From: Promethearchaeota archaeon
GTDB lineage: Archaea; Asgardarchaeota; Lokiarchaeia; Sigyniarchaeales; SOKP01
Assembly: GCA_030603385.1 (NCBI GenBank)
Contig: JAUVXW010000015.1
Coordinates: 1-64,000 of the forward strand
Length of the DNA stretch: 64,000 nucleotides
Reading direction: 5' to 3'
In this document: positions 50,961 to 60,181 of the stretch, piece by piece
Layout: every line of letters begins with the position of its first letter
How positions within the stretch are numbered: position 1 is the stretch's first letter
Notes under the pieces: model-generated
What the model saw: the letters and a program-made list of their open reading frames with translations, nothing else
What the model was told of the DNA's origin: nothing
The model's database searches: none
Position numbers and translations under genes: made by a program

Positions 50961-52688
50961 ATGTTAAGCAAAAATAAACCAAAATTTACAGTTTTATTAA
51001 TAACGTTTTTAACCTGTTCAATCATAACCATTACAATTGACACCAATTTTCTAGCTTCAAATGAAATTTTCGAGCCTACACCCGATTATGAGACGACATC
51101 ACTGAAGATCTCTGCTACGTATTCAGATATTGTAATCAATGATATCGGGGGAACAGATTGGGAATGGGCAATAACTCAAGGGTATTGTGTTGGTTCTGGT
51201 ACAGTTGGCGATCCATACATAATAGAGGATGATATATTTATCTCCTCAGCGCCTCCAGGAGATTGTCTTAGTATTTTAAATTCTGAAAAATATTTCATAA
51301 TTAGAAATTGCTCTTTTAAGGTTTCAGGAGGGAACGATGCTGGACTCTATTTATTTAATGTAACAAACGGACAGATAAATAATAATTTCTTTTATGATAA
51401 TTACTACGGAATGGAATTGGAACAAGTTAATAATACTGAAATTAGAGATAGCCAAATCGTTGACAATACCCACGATGGCATATTCTTATCTGATTCTCAT
51501 TATAATACTATTTCTAACAATAATATATCAGGAAATTCAAACCAAGGCATATTGCTTGATGATAGTACCCATAACACGATTTCCAATAACGAGATAAATG
51601 ATAATGGTGCAATCGGGATTATATTAGTAACAAATAGCAATGACAACACACTTTCAGGTAATGATGCTACTAGAAATGGATATGGTATTTACATTGATAC
51701 TTGTAGTGAAAACACTATTTCTAATAATGACTTAATAGATAATAATCTCTTTGGGATATATTTAGAGGATGCAGATCAAAGTGATGTAATATCAAATACA
51801 GCTAATGATCATGGTGTAGCTGGAATTTATATAGAATTGGGAAGTGATGGTAATACTATTTCAAAGAACACTGCGAATAACAACCTTGACGACGGTATTT
51901 ATGTATTGGATAGTGATAATAACACTATTAAAGAAAATACAATGAATCATAATGGAGATGATGGAATTTGGGTGGATGTATGTCAAGATTCAATCGTAAA
52001 TAAAAATACAGCTTATAATAATTCCGGAAATGGAATACATCTTAATAATGGTGATAACATAACTTGCACTGAAAATTTAGTTTATGAAAATCAAGAAAAT
52101 GGGATTCGATTATTTAGTACAGATAACTGCATAATTGAAGATAATAATGCTCATCATAATGGTTTGGATGGGATAAGAGTATATTCTAGTAGTACTAACA
52201 ATATTCTAAGATTTAACATTGGCCAATTTAATAATTTAAGCGGAATTCATTTACTTTCAACTAGTAATTTTAATTTGTTAATTGATAACTTAGCAACAAA
52301 TAATCAAGAACATGGGATATATATTCAAACAAGCGATAGCAACACATTGACTAGTAATACTGCTAATAATAATGAATTAAACGGAATTAATTTACTCTCC
52401 AGCGATGCCAATTCTATTGTATCCAATATTGCGAAAAATAACAAAAACGGAACATTTCTAGACAGCAGTAATAATAACATAATAACTAATAATATATTAA
52501 CTGGTAATGCTGCATGTTTTAACGAAACAGGAAGCACGGGTAATATTTTTGAAGGAAATATTTGCACGAGTGTAGGAGGGGGTCTAGGAATTGATCCCAC
52601 TACAATTTTGCTTATAACTAGCATTATAGAAGGTGTTGCTATATTAGCATTAGTGTCTCTCTTTTTCATTAGAAAGCGAAAATCCTAA
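50961..52688 (+). CDS. Membrane-anchored right-handed beta-helix (NosD/CASH-like) surface protein
   Basis: Signal peptide, GSGTVGDPYIIE, many GI.L..S..N.I..N repeats of about 22 aa, C-terminal TM plus RKRKS. Confidence 0.9.
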   Translation: MLSKNKPKFTVLLITFLTCSIITITIDTNFLASNEIFEPTPDYETTSLKISATYSDIVINDIGGTDWEWAITQGYCVGSGTVGDPYIIEDDIFISSAPPGDCLSILNSEKYFIIRNCSFKVSGGNDAGLYLFNVTNGQINNNFFYDNYYGMELEQVNNTEIRDSQIVDNTHDGIFLSDSHYNTISNNNISGNSNQGILLDDSTHNTISNNEINDNGAIGIILVTNSNDNTLSGNDATRNGYGIYIDTCSENTISNNDLIDNNLFGIYLEDADQSDVISNTANDHGVAGIYIELGSDGNTISKNTANNNLDDGIYVLDSDNNTIKENTMNHNGDDGIWVDVCQDSIVNKNTAYNNSGNGIHLNNGDNITCTENLVYENQENGIRLFSTDNCIIEDNNAHHNGLDGIRVYSSSTNNILRFNIGQFNNLSGIHLLSTSNFNLLIDNLATNNQEHGIYIQTSDSNTLTSNTANNNELNGINLLSSDANSIVSNIAKNNKNGTFLDSSNNNIITNNILTGNAACFNETGSTGNIFEGNICTSVGGGLGIDPTTILLITSIIEGVAILALVSLFFIRKRKS

Positions 52689-52695
52689 TTATCTC

Positions 52696-52712
52696 TTCTT
52701 TTTTTTATTTTT
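52696..52712 (+). terminator. T-rich tract after the beta-helix gene (putative terminator)
   Basis: ttcttttttttattttt just downstream of the stop at 52688. Confidence 0.35.
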
Positions 52713-52833
52713 CTGAAGAAAAATCTCAATTCTAATGCCTGATACTTTAAGAAGAGTTCAGAAGAATTTAATTAAATAATTTTGAGATAATTTTAGAAAC
52801 TTTTAAAAAGAATGGGAATGCGGAGTTTTTTTC

Positions 52834-53289
52834 TTAATCGGGTGTAAGCTCGTCAAGGTCCGATAAATCCAGACCACTATCCATCATTTCTGGGCTTTCT
52901 GCTAGAAATTCATTAAGTATGTCTTTCAATTCATCTCCCGAGCGTTTCAATATTAGCCTAATTAATCCAATGTTTATGTCTGGGTCGGAGATTAAAGTTA
53001 ATACACCTTTAGGTCCACACGACGATGCAAAGATCTTTCCGCCTAAAAATTCACTCGTAACTATTTCCAAATTGCCAAGTTCCAGGTTTTTACCTTGTTC
53101 TTCTGAGGCACAAAATACTGCGCTTGCAATAGCACCAATCCCGTCAACATCGGCAGGGAAATAAGAAAATTTTGAAACACTTGCGATAGTAAGTCCTGTT
53201 CTATCAACTAAAATAACTTTTTTGATACCACTTTCACTTTTTATAATCTTACTTAGAATATTATCGAAGCTTTTGGTGTCAATACTAAT
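52834..53289 (-). CDS. Stand-alone roadblock/LC7 (MglB/LAMTOR-like) protein with an acidic tail; probable ATT start (ORF track shows only the 3' half)
   Basis: Open frame reads SIDTKSFDNILSKIIKSESGIKKVILVDRTGLTIAS..DGIGAIASAVF..NIGLIRL; no in-frame ATG/GTG/TTG between the upstream stop (53329-53331) and 53070. Confidence 0.85.
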   Translation of the reverse strand: MSIDTKSFDNILSKIIKSESGIKKVILVDRTGLTIASVSKFSYFPADVDGIGAIASAVFCASEEQGKNLELGNLEIVTSEFLGGKIFASSCGPKGVLTLISDPDINIGLIRLILKRSGDELKDILNEFLAESPEMMDSGLDLSDLDELTPD

Positions 53290-53295
53290 TGCAAT

Positions 53296-53301
53296 ACACC
53301 T
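53296..53301 (-). promoter_or_regulatory. Shine-Dalgarno-like AGGTGT, 6 nt upstream of a proposed ATT start
   Basis: AGGTGT-attgca-ATT AGT ATT GAC on the minus strand. Confidence 0.6.
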
Positions 53302-53492
53302 TTTTAATTGATTTTGGTAATTTGATATTTAATGTAATAATATATTCTTCAATATTTAAAATTATTATAATCATTTGAATTTATAAAATTATCTTTTTGA
53401 AATCTTTCATGGGAAATTAAGGAAAAATTATTTTTAAGAGGAATTCTTTAAAATCAACATATTAAATTTCTAACATTTTTTATGAAAAAAAT

Positions 53493-53663
53493 ATGATGCG
53501 GGATGATATAGAAAAGAGATTACATAGAGTAATGATAAGAATACCCCAACAAGGTTATAAGTGTCCATACTCAAAGTATTGTGATAATTCTGAAAATAGT
53601 GCTAGGTGTAATCTTTTTTATCATAAATGTTCCAAGTTTATAGATTTTAATTCACACTCTTAA
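53493..53663 (+). CDS. Putative 56-aa four-Cys microprotein (not in the ORF track)
   Basis: My translation: MMRDDIEKRLHRVMIRIPQQGYKCPYSKYCDNSENSARCNLFYHKCSKFIDFNSHS*. Confidence 0.55.
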   Translation: MMRDDIEKRLHRVMIRIPQQGYKCPYSKYCDNSENSARCNLFYHKCSKFIDFNSHS

Positions 53664-53691
53664 TAGATTAGATATGGTTTAGGTAATTGAA

Positions 53692-54495
53692 ATGGATATG
53701 GGTTTAAAAGATAAGGTTGCATTGGTTTTAGCATCAAGTAAAGGTTTAGGATTAGCCTGTGCTAAAGGACTTTATGAAGAAGGAGCAAATGTTATCATTT
53801 GCAGTCGCTCTGCAGAAAATTTAGAAAAAGCTAAAGAAGATATAGAAGATATTAATTCAATCAACAATAAGGCAAGGGTTGTACCCATTGTAGCCGATTT
53901 GATGCATGAAAACCAGATAAAGAATCTTGTAGAAAAAACTTTAAAGGAATTTGGTAGGATAGATATTCTGATTCATAATGCTGGTGGTCCTCCATCAGGT
54001 CCTATAGACGCAATTACAAAGGAAGACTGGTCAAATTCAATTGATTTAAACCTTCTTTCTTTCATTAAAATAACTGATTTAGTCCTTCCTACCATGAAAC
54101 AGCAAAAACATGGAAAAATAATCGCAATTACATCAGTTTCGGTAAAACAACCATTAGATAATTTAGTTTTGTCAAACACGACTCGATTAGGTGTAATAGG
54201 GTTTGCTAAGACTCTTGCTAATGTATATGCTAAAGATAATGTATTAGTGAATGTTGTTTGTCCTGGGCCAACCCTTACTGACAGGATGAAAGAATTAATA
54301 AATAAAACAGTGAAAGATACAGGAAAGACTTATGAAGATGTGGAGAAAACATGGATAGATCCCATACCATTAGGACGATTAGGTAAACCGGAGGAATTAG
54401 CTAATTTAGTCGTGTTCTTAGCCTCAGATAAAGCTAGTTATATTACAGGGACGGTAATTCAAGTTGATGGAGGTTTTATAAAAAGTGCTTTATAA
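53692..54495 (+). CDS. Short-chain dehydrogenase/reductase (FabG-like, SNxxR active-site subtype)
   Basis: LASSKGLG, NAGGPP, LSNTTR, VN.VCPG...TDR, IPLGRLGKPEE, ASYITG..IQVDGG. Confidence 0.92.
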   Translation: MDMGLKDKVALVLASSKGLGLACAKGLYEEGANVIICSRSAENLEKAKEDIEDINSINNKARVVPIVADLMHENQIKNLVEKTLKEFGRIDILIHNAGGPPSGPIDAITKEDWSNSIDLNLLSFIKITDLVLPTMKQQKHGKIIAITSVSVKQPLDNLVLSNTTRLGVIGFAKTLANVYAKDNVLVNVVCPGPTLTDRMKELINKTVKDTGKTYEDVEKTWIDPIPLGRLGKPEELANLVVFLASDKASYITGTVIQVDGGFIKSAL

Positions 54496-54701
54496 AAAAA
54501 ATTATTGAGATATCACTTTCATATTTCAGAAATTTAAATAATGAATTACTTATTTCTATTGATAAATGAAGAAGATTTTAATATACCATATTGATATTAT
54601 TATCCTAAATTTTCTTCTAATAACATATATAATAAAAGTTAATTAATTATTATTTCAAATTAGATTTAAAGAAATAAAGAATATAAGAATTTCATAGGTG
54701 A

Positions 54702-57700
54702 GTGAAATTGAGAGTAAAAAAGTGTAGGTTTTTGATGGTGAATGGAATTAGTAGAAAAAAGATTTTAGTTATATCGGTCTTATTTATCAGTTTCTTAATG
54801 ATTCCTTTTTTAAACAATCTTAACCTAAATCGGAATTTCAATGAAAATGAGCAAAAGTATATTAAAGATGAAGATATTGTTATCCAAAATTTAAAAACTC
54901 AGGATCTAACCACTGATAATATATTTAGTGGGATAGGAGCTGCTTGGAATGTATCTCATTGGGCTAAACGAACGGATTATGACGAATCAGTAAAATTTGG
55001 AAACGGAACATCTTATTCAGTTTATATGGATTTAGGTACTGATTGGGAAGGTTACCAATTAAACGGAACGATTAAAGAATTATATGATAAAAGAAATTGG
55101 GTTAATGGATCTTTTAATGCTGGACCTGATGATGATAATCCTAATTGTCCCGATAATGATAGCCTTTATCTTACAGATTGGATGTTTGATTATAGAGAAA
55201 CTTCAGGAGGGGCAGGTGATCCTCCTTATGAAAATACATTTTCTGGAAATTATTTCAACAGTACGAATGATCCTTCTGGTACTGGCAATGATTGCTTAGA
55301 ATTGAGAATGGATGGTGAAGGAACGGGTTATGATCAATATGATAGATGTTGGTGGGAGTCAAATTTTACTCTCCCTAGGGGTGATGTAATTGAGGGAGAA
55401 GTCTCTCTTGCAATGTATCCTAAAAGCCAATATGACGAAACTCGCGATTATGGAACTCATTGGAGTATTCAAGTTATCCTAAATGGAGTAGTAATTGACG
55501 ATAAAAATCTATTATGGTTAAATCAAACTGGAAAGGGTGATTGGGTTCCTTTAAAATTACAATTAACTAATTGGTTAGACAACCCTGTAGTATTTCCAAA
55601 TGGTGTGAAAAATATGTCCCTTAGGATCCAATTAATAAGAAATGGGGGAACTTTATCTTATGGACCTTATGGAACATATCAACAAGTTCTTATTGATAAT
55701 GTATCCTTAACAGTAAAATCACAGGTAAATGCAACTCAAATTGGGTTACAAATGAACGAACAACCAGTATCTGATAGTAATGAATGGGGCAATGGAATAG
55801 TAGAACAAATTAGTTCTTGGACTACAACTCCTCTTGACGTTAAATTTAACAGTACTGAAGTTAGACCTTCAGAAATGGGTGGATATGAGGTAGAATTTAA
55901 AACAGACTTAAATCTATTCGCAAAAAAAATGAATAGAGAGTCTCATTATCAACCTAACTTTTTGGGAACAAGTTTCGAGGTAAAAAATGACAGTTCCGTA
56001 GAATGGGAATGCTATGCGCGTGTTTCTGTTCCGACAGGATATAGTGAATCTAATATGACAATCAGATTCCCTGAAGACGTTAATATAACTTGGATTTCCA
56101 ATGCAGAAAAACCAAATACCAATATATTAAAATATTGTGATAATTCAACTCTAGGGATAATAAAAGTATCTAATTTTTCAGAAACACCAGATGGTTTTTG
56201 GTGGGTGAAAGGTAAATCACCTAATTATTGTACTGAGCTAAATATCTATAATGACGTTACAGGTCAATGGATTCTTAATAATACCTTCCTTAGTGGAGAT
56301 TCTATCAATATAACTGGAAAAATCGAAAGTGCTGGGCTTGATATTTCCGGATATATCGGAAATACTAAAGCAAAACTTTACATAAAATTTCCAAACGGGA
56401 TGATTTGGGCAGCAGAAAATCAAATAAAACAGGTCAATGATAATGGATTTGTATATTTTGATCCTATTATAATACCTAATAATGTACCAAATTATGAAGC
56501 AGGAGAATATGAAGCAATTATTACTTGGAATAACTCTTATTCTTCGTTTGGATTAAACGAGACTGGAATTATTTATAAAAGATTTAATGTTATTCATGAT
56601 TCGATACTTGAACCTGATCAAGGTATTTACTTCATCGAAAACGTAATAGATGATCGGATTATAAATATAAAAGTGTCTTATAAAGATAAAATAGATGTTA
56701 CGGCAATAGAAAACGCATTAGTATATACAAACTTTGCAGGTGAAGACCATAATCTCACAGAAATAAGTCCAGGATTTTATTTATTCGAATTCAATGCGAG
56801 TAAAGCTAATGCTGGGAACAATACTTTAACAATTTTTGCAAACTCTACATATTTTTTGAATAAAGTAATAAATGTTACTGTTGACGTCGTAAAAGAAACT
56901 CTTCTCACCGTAGAAAATGAATTTTTTACTGTTGCATGGAATGATAATTTTACAGTGAAATTTAACTATACTGAAAAGAATACTGGAAGTGGAATAAACG
57001 CTTTTGATGATGTTAATATAACTTGGAACGGTGAATATCATTTGATCCAACCGATCGATGGACAGTATGAGCTTGAGTGTAATACATCAACTTATGATTC
57101 ACTTACTCTTCAATCATTCATCATTTCTATAAATCCGTATAAGTATGAAGCTCAATCTGTTCTTATTAGAGTACAAATAACAGAATTAGAATCTTCTTTA
57201 AGTTTATTTGTAAATGATATCCCAACAAACTACAGTGATACAATTCAAGTTGAATTAGGAGAAACTATAAATATTACAGTTCAATATAAAGACAACTTAA
57301 CAACGAATCATCTTCCTAATGCAACAGTTGAGTTATTAGGAATTGACTTTCTAAATGATACAAAGGATCAGTATACTTTAATTATAGGAGAAGAAGTTTT
57401 GGATCAGGGAATCACAGCTTTGACTATATTTGCCCAACTGGTTAATTACAAACCTCAATCAATTAACTTTTTCATTGAAGTGGCAGAAAAAGAGACAAAT
57501 TTACAATTATTATTAAATAGTGAAGAAAAAACTCTTGATCCTGTATATAATCTTACAATAGGTGAGATATTAAATATAACAGTAAAGTATACAGAACAAA
57601 CTGGACTATATATTTCAAATGCTGTAGTACAACTAATAGGGGAGGGAATTTTAATAAATTTAACTAAAGATGATTCTTTACAACAACATTCCATAGAATT

Positions 57701-58385
57701 AGATACAACGGATTTAAAGATCGGGGTGAATATATTTTCGATTATTGCAAAGGCTACGAATTATGAGATTCAAACTAAAAGCCCGATAATAACAATTAAT
57801 AGGATAAGCACTTTGATTAACATATCCTCTCAAATAAAAGCAGAACCGGGGGATGATGTCACATTGGAGGTAATTTTAATGGATATATACTTTGGAGATA
57901 CTATAAAAGATGCTGTGGTTACTTACAGATGGGCTTATGGCCAAGGGGAACTCTTGGATCTTAATAATACTGGTATTTATGAGGGATTTTTGGAAAATGT
58001 CCCAGAAGGCACTTATACTATAACTATAAATGCTTTTAAAAGTGATAATTATGATTTTATTACAAAGGAAATAACTTTAATTGTTAAACCTACTGAAACT
58101 GAACCAGGTCCTGATTTGAGTTGGTTAGTTTACGTTCTAATAGGTGCTATAATAGGTTTGACCGGAATTTTTGCACTCTATCAGAAATCCTTAAAATATC
58201 CTCCTTTAGTAAGAAAAATAAGGAAGTTAAAGAAAAAAGTTAGAAAAAATCAAAAATTAAAACCTATCTTAGTAAATAAGCGTGATGAAATCATCAATGG
58301 TGCGATCCAAAATCAAGTTGATATTATAGAATCAATTGAACTTGAAAAAAATGACAAATTTCAATTCAAAAAAAATGAAAGCTAA
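54702..58385 (+). CDS. Large single-pass surface glycoprotein with Ig-like repeats and a KYPP/basic cytoplasmic tail
   Basis: N-terminal hydrophobic segment, many NxS/T sequons, repeated INITV.Y.D..NA.V units, TM WLVYVLIGAIIGLTGIFALY, KYPPLVRKIRKLKKK; SD spacing suggests a TTG start at 54708. Confidence 0.85.
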   Translation: MKLRVKKCRFLMVNGISRKKILVISVLFISFLMIPFLNNLNLNRNFNENEQKYIKDEDIVIQNLKTQDLTTDNIFSGIGAAWNVSHWAKRTDYDESVKFGNGTSYSVYMDLGTDWEGYQLNGTIKELYDKRNWVNGSFNAGPDDDNPNCPDNDSLYLTDWMFDYRETSGGAGDPPYENTFSGNYFNSTNDPSGTGNDCLELRMDGEGTGYDQYDRCWWESNFTLPRGDVIEGEVSLAMYPKSQYDETRDYGTHWSIQVILNGVVIDDKNLLWLNQTGKGDWVPLKLQLTNWLDNPVVFPNGVKNMSLRIQLIRNGGTLSYGPYGTYQQVLIDNVSLTVKSQVNATQIGLQMNEQPVSDSNEWGNGIVEQISSWTTTPLDVKFNSTEVRPSEMGGYEVEFKTDLNLFAKKMNRESHYQPNFLGTSFEVKNDSSVEWECYARVSVPTGYSESNMTIRFPEDVNITWISNAEKPNTNILKYCDNSTLGIIKVSNFSETPDGFWWVKGKSPNYCTELNIYNDVTGQWILNNTFLSGDSINITGKIESAGLDISGYIGNTKAKLYIKFPNGMIWAAENQIKQVNDNGFVYFDPIIIPNNVPNYEAGEYEAIITWNNSYSSFGLNETGIIYKRFNVIHDSILEPDQGIYFIENVIDDRIINIKVSYKDKIDVTAIENALVYTNFAGEDHNLTEISPGFYLFEFNASKANAGNNTLTIFANSTYFLNKVINVTVDVVKETLLTVENEFFTVAWNDNFTVKFNYTEKNTGSGINAFDDVNITWNGEYHLIQPIDGQYELECNTSTYDSLTLQSFIISINPYKYEAQSVLIRVQITELESSLSLFVNDIPTNYSDTIQVELGETINITVQYKDNLTTNHLPNATVELLGIDFLNDTKDQYTLIIGEEVLDQGITALTIFAQLVNYKPQSINFFIEVAEKETNLQLLLNSEEKTLDPVYNLTIGEILNITVKYTEQTGLYISNAVVQLIGEGILINLTKDDSLQQHSIELDTTDLKIGVNIFSIIAKATNYEIQTKSPIITINRISTLINISSQIKAEPGDDVTLEVILMDIYFGDTIKDAVVTYRWAYGQGELLDLNNTGIYEGFLENVPEGTYTITINAFKSDNYDFITKEITLIVKPTETEPGPDLSWLVYVLIGAIIGLTGIFALYQKSLKYPPLVRKIRKLKKKVRKNQKLKPILVNKRDEIINGAIQNQVDIIESIELEKNDKFQFKKNES

Positions 58386-58604
58386 TTTTTTTCTATAAGC
58401 GACTATCAATAAAATAACACATTTTTTCTAAAACTTTTTTTTTGAGAAGAAGATTTTTATATCCCATATTTCTACTATTATCCTATAAAAAATAGTGAAA
58501 AACTGGATTCAGCTACCAAGATCTTTACATAATAAAAGTGATATCTAAATAAGATTCTAATTTTAAAATTGGAACCCAAATTGTAGATATTGAGGTAACT
58601 ATTT

Positions 58605-60149
58605 TTGGTAAATAAAAAATTATTAATTGGAGGTATAATTGGGGCTATTGCTATCGCTTCAATAGTATACACTTCCTATCTATTCATTTCTCCTCCACCA
58701 TCAGAACCAGAATTATGGTTGGAGAATCCAACTCTCGATTCTCCAGTTGAACCCGCTTGGTTCTGGGAATTTGGTACAGAAGGAGATAATACGGATGTAG
58801 GCGCATCAACAAGCTCGGGTCAAGTAAATCTAGTAGTACTTGGAGAGGAACACATAACAGAACTTTCGGATCCGCTAAACGATGGTACTTGGGAAAAAAA
58901 TAGGAATGAAAATTTCTTATTTCCAGATTATGCAAATATTACAGCAGCAGGATGTTATGTTTCTCATGATTACAATGAAGCTATAAATCAAACTCACCAA
59001 TATCACAGTGTACATTGGAGAAAAAATATTAATGTAGGTTACGATATGGCAGATTACACAATAACGTCCGCTTCACTTGAGGTTATGTTTAATGCCAGTG
59101 TTAGTGATAATCTAGAAGTTTTAAATGAGGTTGCACAATATACTGTTGGAGATTTCGCAAGGTATTATATCTTGATAGCAGATACTGGTTATGAAAATCC
59201 AATTAGAGTAGCATACAATAGAACAATTTCATTAGGATTAGATCTAGCCCACACAACTATAAATAACACTGAACTAGAAACTGTGGACCAACAAGATTTA
59301 ATTACAGCATTAGACTCAGCTTTTGAAAAAGATCCTTCTCATTCAAATTTTTCAATTACTATTGGTATAGATGTATACTGTGAGGATAACCAAGGATCAG
59401 ATAGGGATACTTTCAATGCTCTAATAATCAATTCATTTAACTTAACATTTAATTATGAGAAAGTTATAAACCAATATACTACTTTATCGTGGAATCAAAT
59501 TAATGAACGAGTCATAGGAGATAATTATTATATAATTGGAGGAAATTTTAATTTTAATTATAAAATTGATAAAACTTGGACTTCCTCAGCGCCACTCTCT
59601 GAACTTAGATTTTTTATTAATGAAAAATTATACAGTGAAGAACCAATAAAGTTAAGCACTATTAACACCTCGTTTACAGAAGCTAAGTCTGGTGGATTTG
59701 ATGTTTTAAGTTTACTAGAAAAAAATATAAATATTTCCATCGCTATCGAACTTAGTATAAAAGATAAGTTTCAATTAGATGAACATTATACGATTTCCAT
59801 AGATGATGTTTATTTATATATAGAACTTAGAGAAATTTCAGGTGACTTTTCTTTTCTTATTTACATTTTAATTGGGTCCATCGCGGGTCTTACAATTATT
59901 TTTACATTATATGAAAAACACTTTAAATACCCTCCAATGGTTAGAAAAGTTAGAAAATTAAGAAATAAAATAAAGAAAAATAAAAAATTTTCGAAATTAA
60001 TAGGTACTCGTGAAAGAACAACTTTATTGGATAATACTTATCAAGCAGAATTGAAGATTATTGGAATTGAGTCATTAATACCTCCCACACTTCAAATTAT
60101 AGAAAATATTAAAAATGAAACTGACTTGGAGAAGAAATCTATTATATAA
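58605..60149 (+). CDS. Surface protein with N-terminal anchor, beta-rich ectodomain, C-terminal TM and KYPP/basic tail
   Basis: Paralog of 60182..61828 (VHWRKN, DY.ITSASL, AFEKDP, ISIDDV); KYPPMVRKVRKLRNK. Confidence 0.85.
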   Translation: MVNKKLLIGGIIGAIAIASIVYTSYLFISPPPSEPELWLENPTLDSPVEPAWFWEFGTEGDNTDVGASTSSGQVNLVVLGEEHITELSDPLNDGTWEKNRNENFLFPDYANITAAGCYVSHDYNEAINQTHQYHSVHWRKNINVGYDMADYTITSASLEVMFNASVSDNLEVLNEVAQYTVGDFARYYILIADTGYENPIRVAYNRTISLGLDLAHTTINNTELETVDQQDLITALDSAFEKDPSHSNFSITIGIDVYCEDNQGSDRDTFNALIINSFNLTFNYEKVINQYTTLSWNQINERVIGDNYYIIGGNFNFNYKIDKTWTSSAPLSELRFFINEKLYSEEPIKLSTINTSFTEAKSGGFDVLSLLEKNINISIAIELSIKDKFQLDEHYTISIDDVYLYIELREISGDFSFLIYILIGSIAGLTIIFTLYEKHFKYPPMVRKVRKLRNKIKKNKKFSKLIGTRERTTLLDNTYQAELKIIGIESLIPPTLQIIENIKNETDLEKKSII

Positions 60150-60181
60150 ATTCAAAATTTATATTTAAAAGAAAAGAGTTT

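Noticed and set aside
51300-52560. AAT-rich periodic DNA resembling a repeat array
   Set aside because: Explained by Asn-rich beta-helix protein repeats; no identical repeat-spacer structure, so not CRISPR
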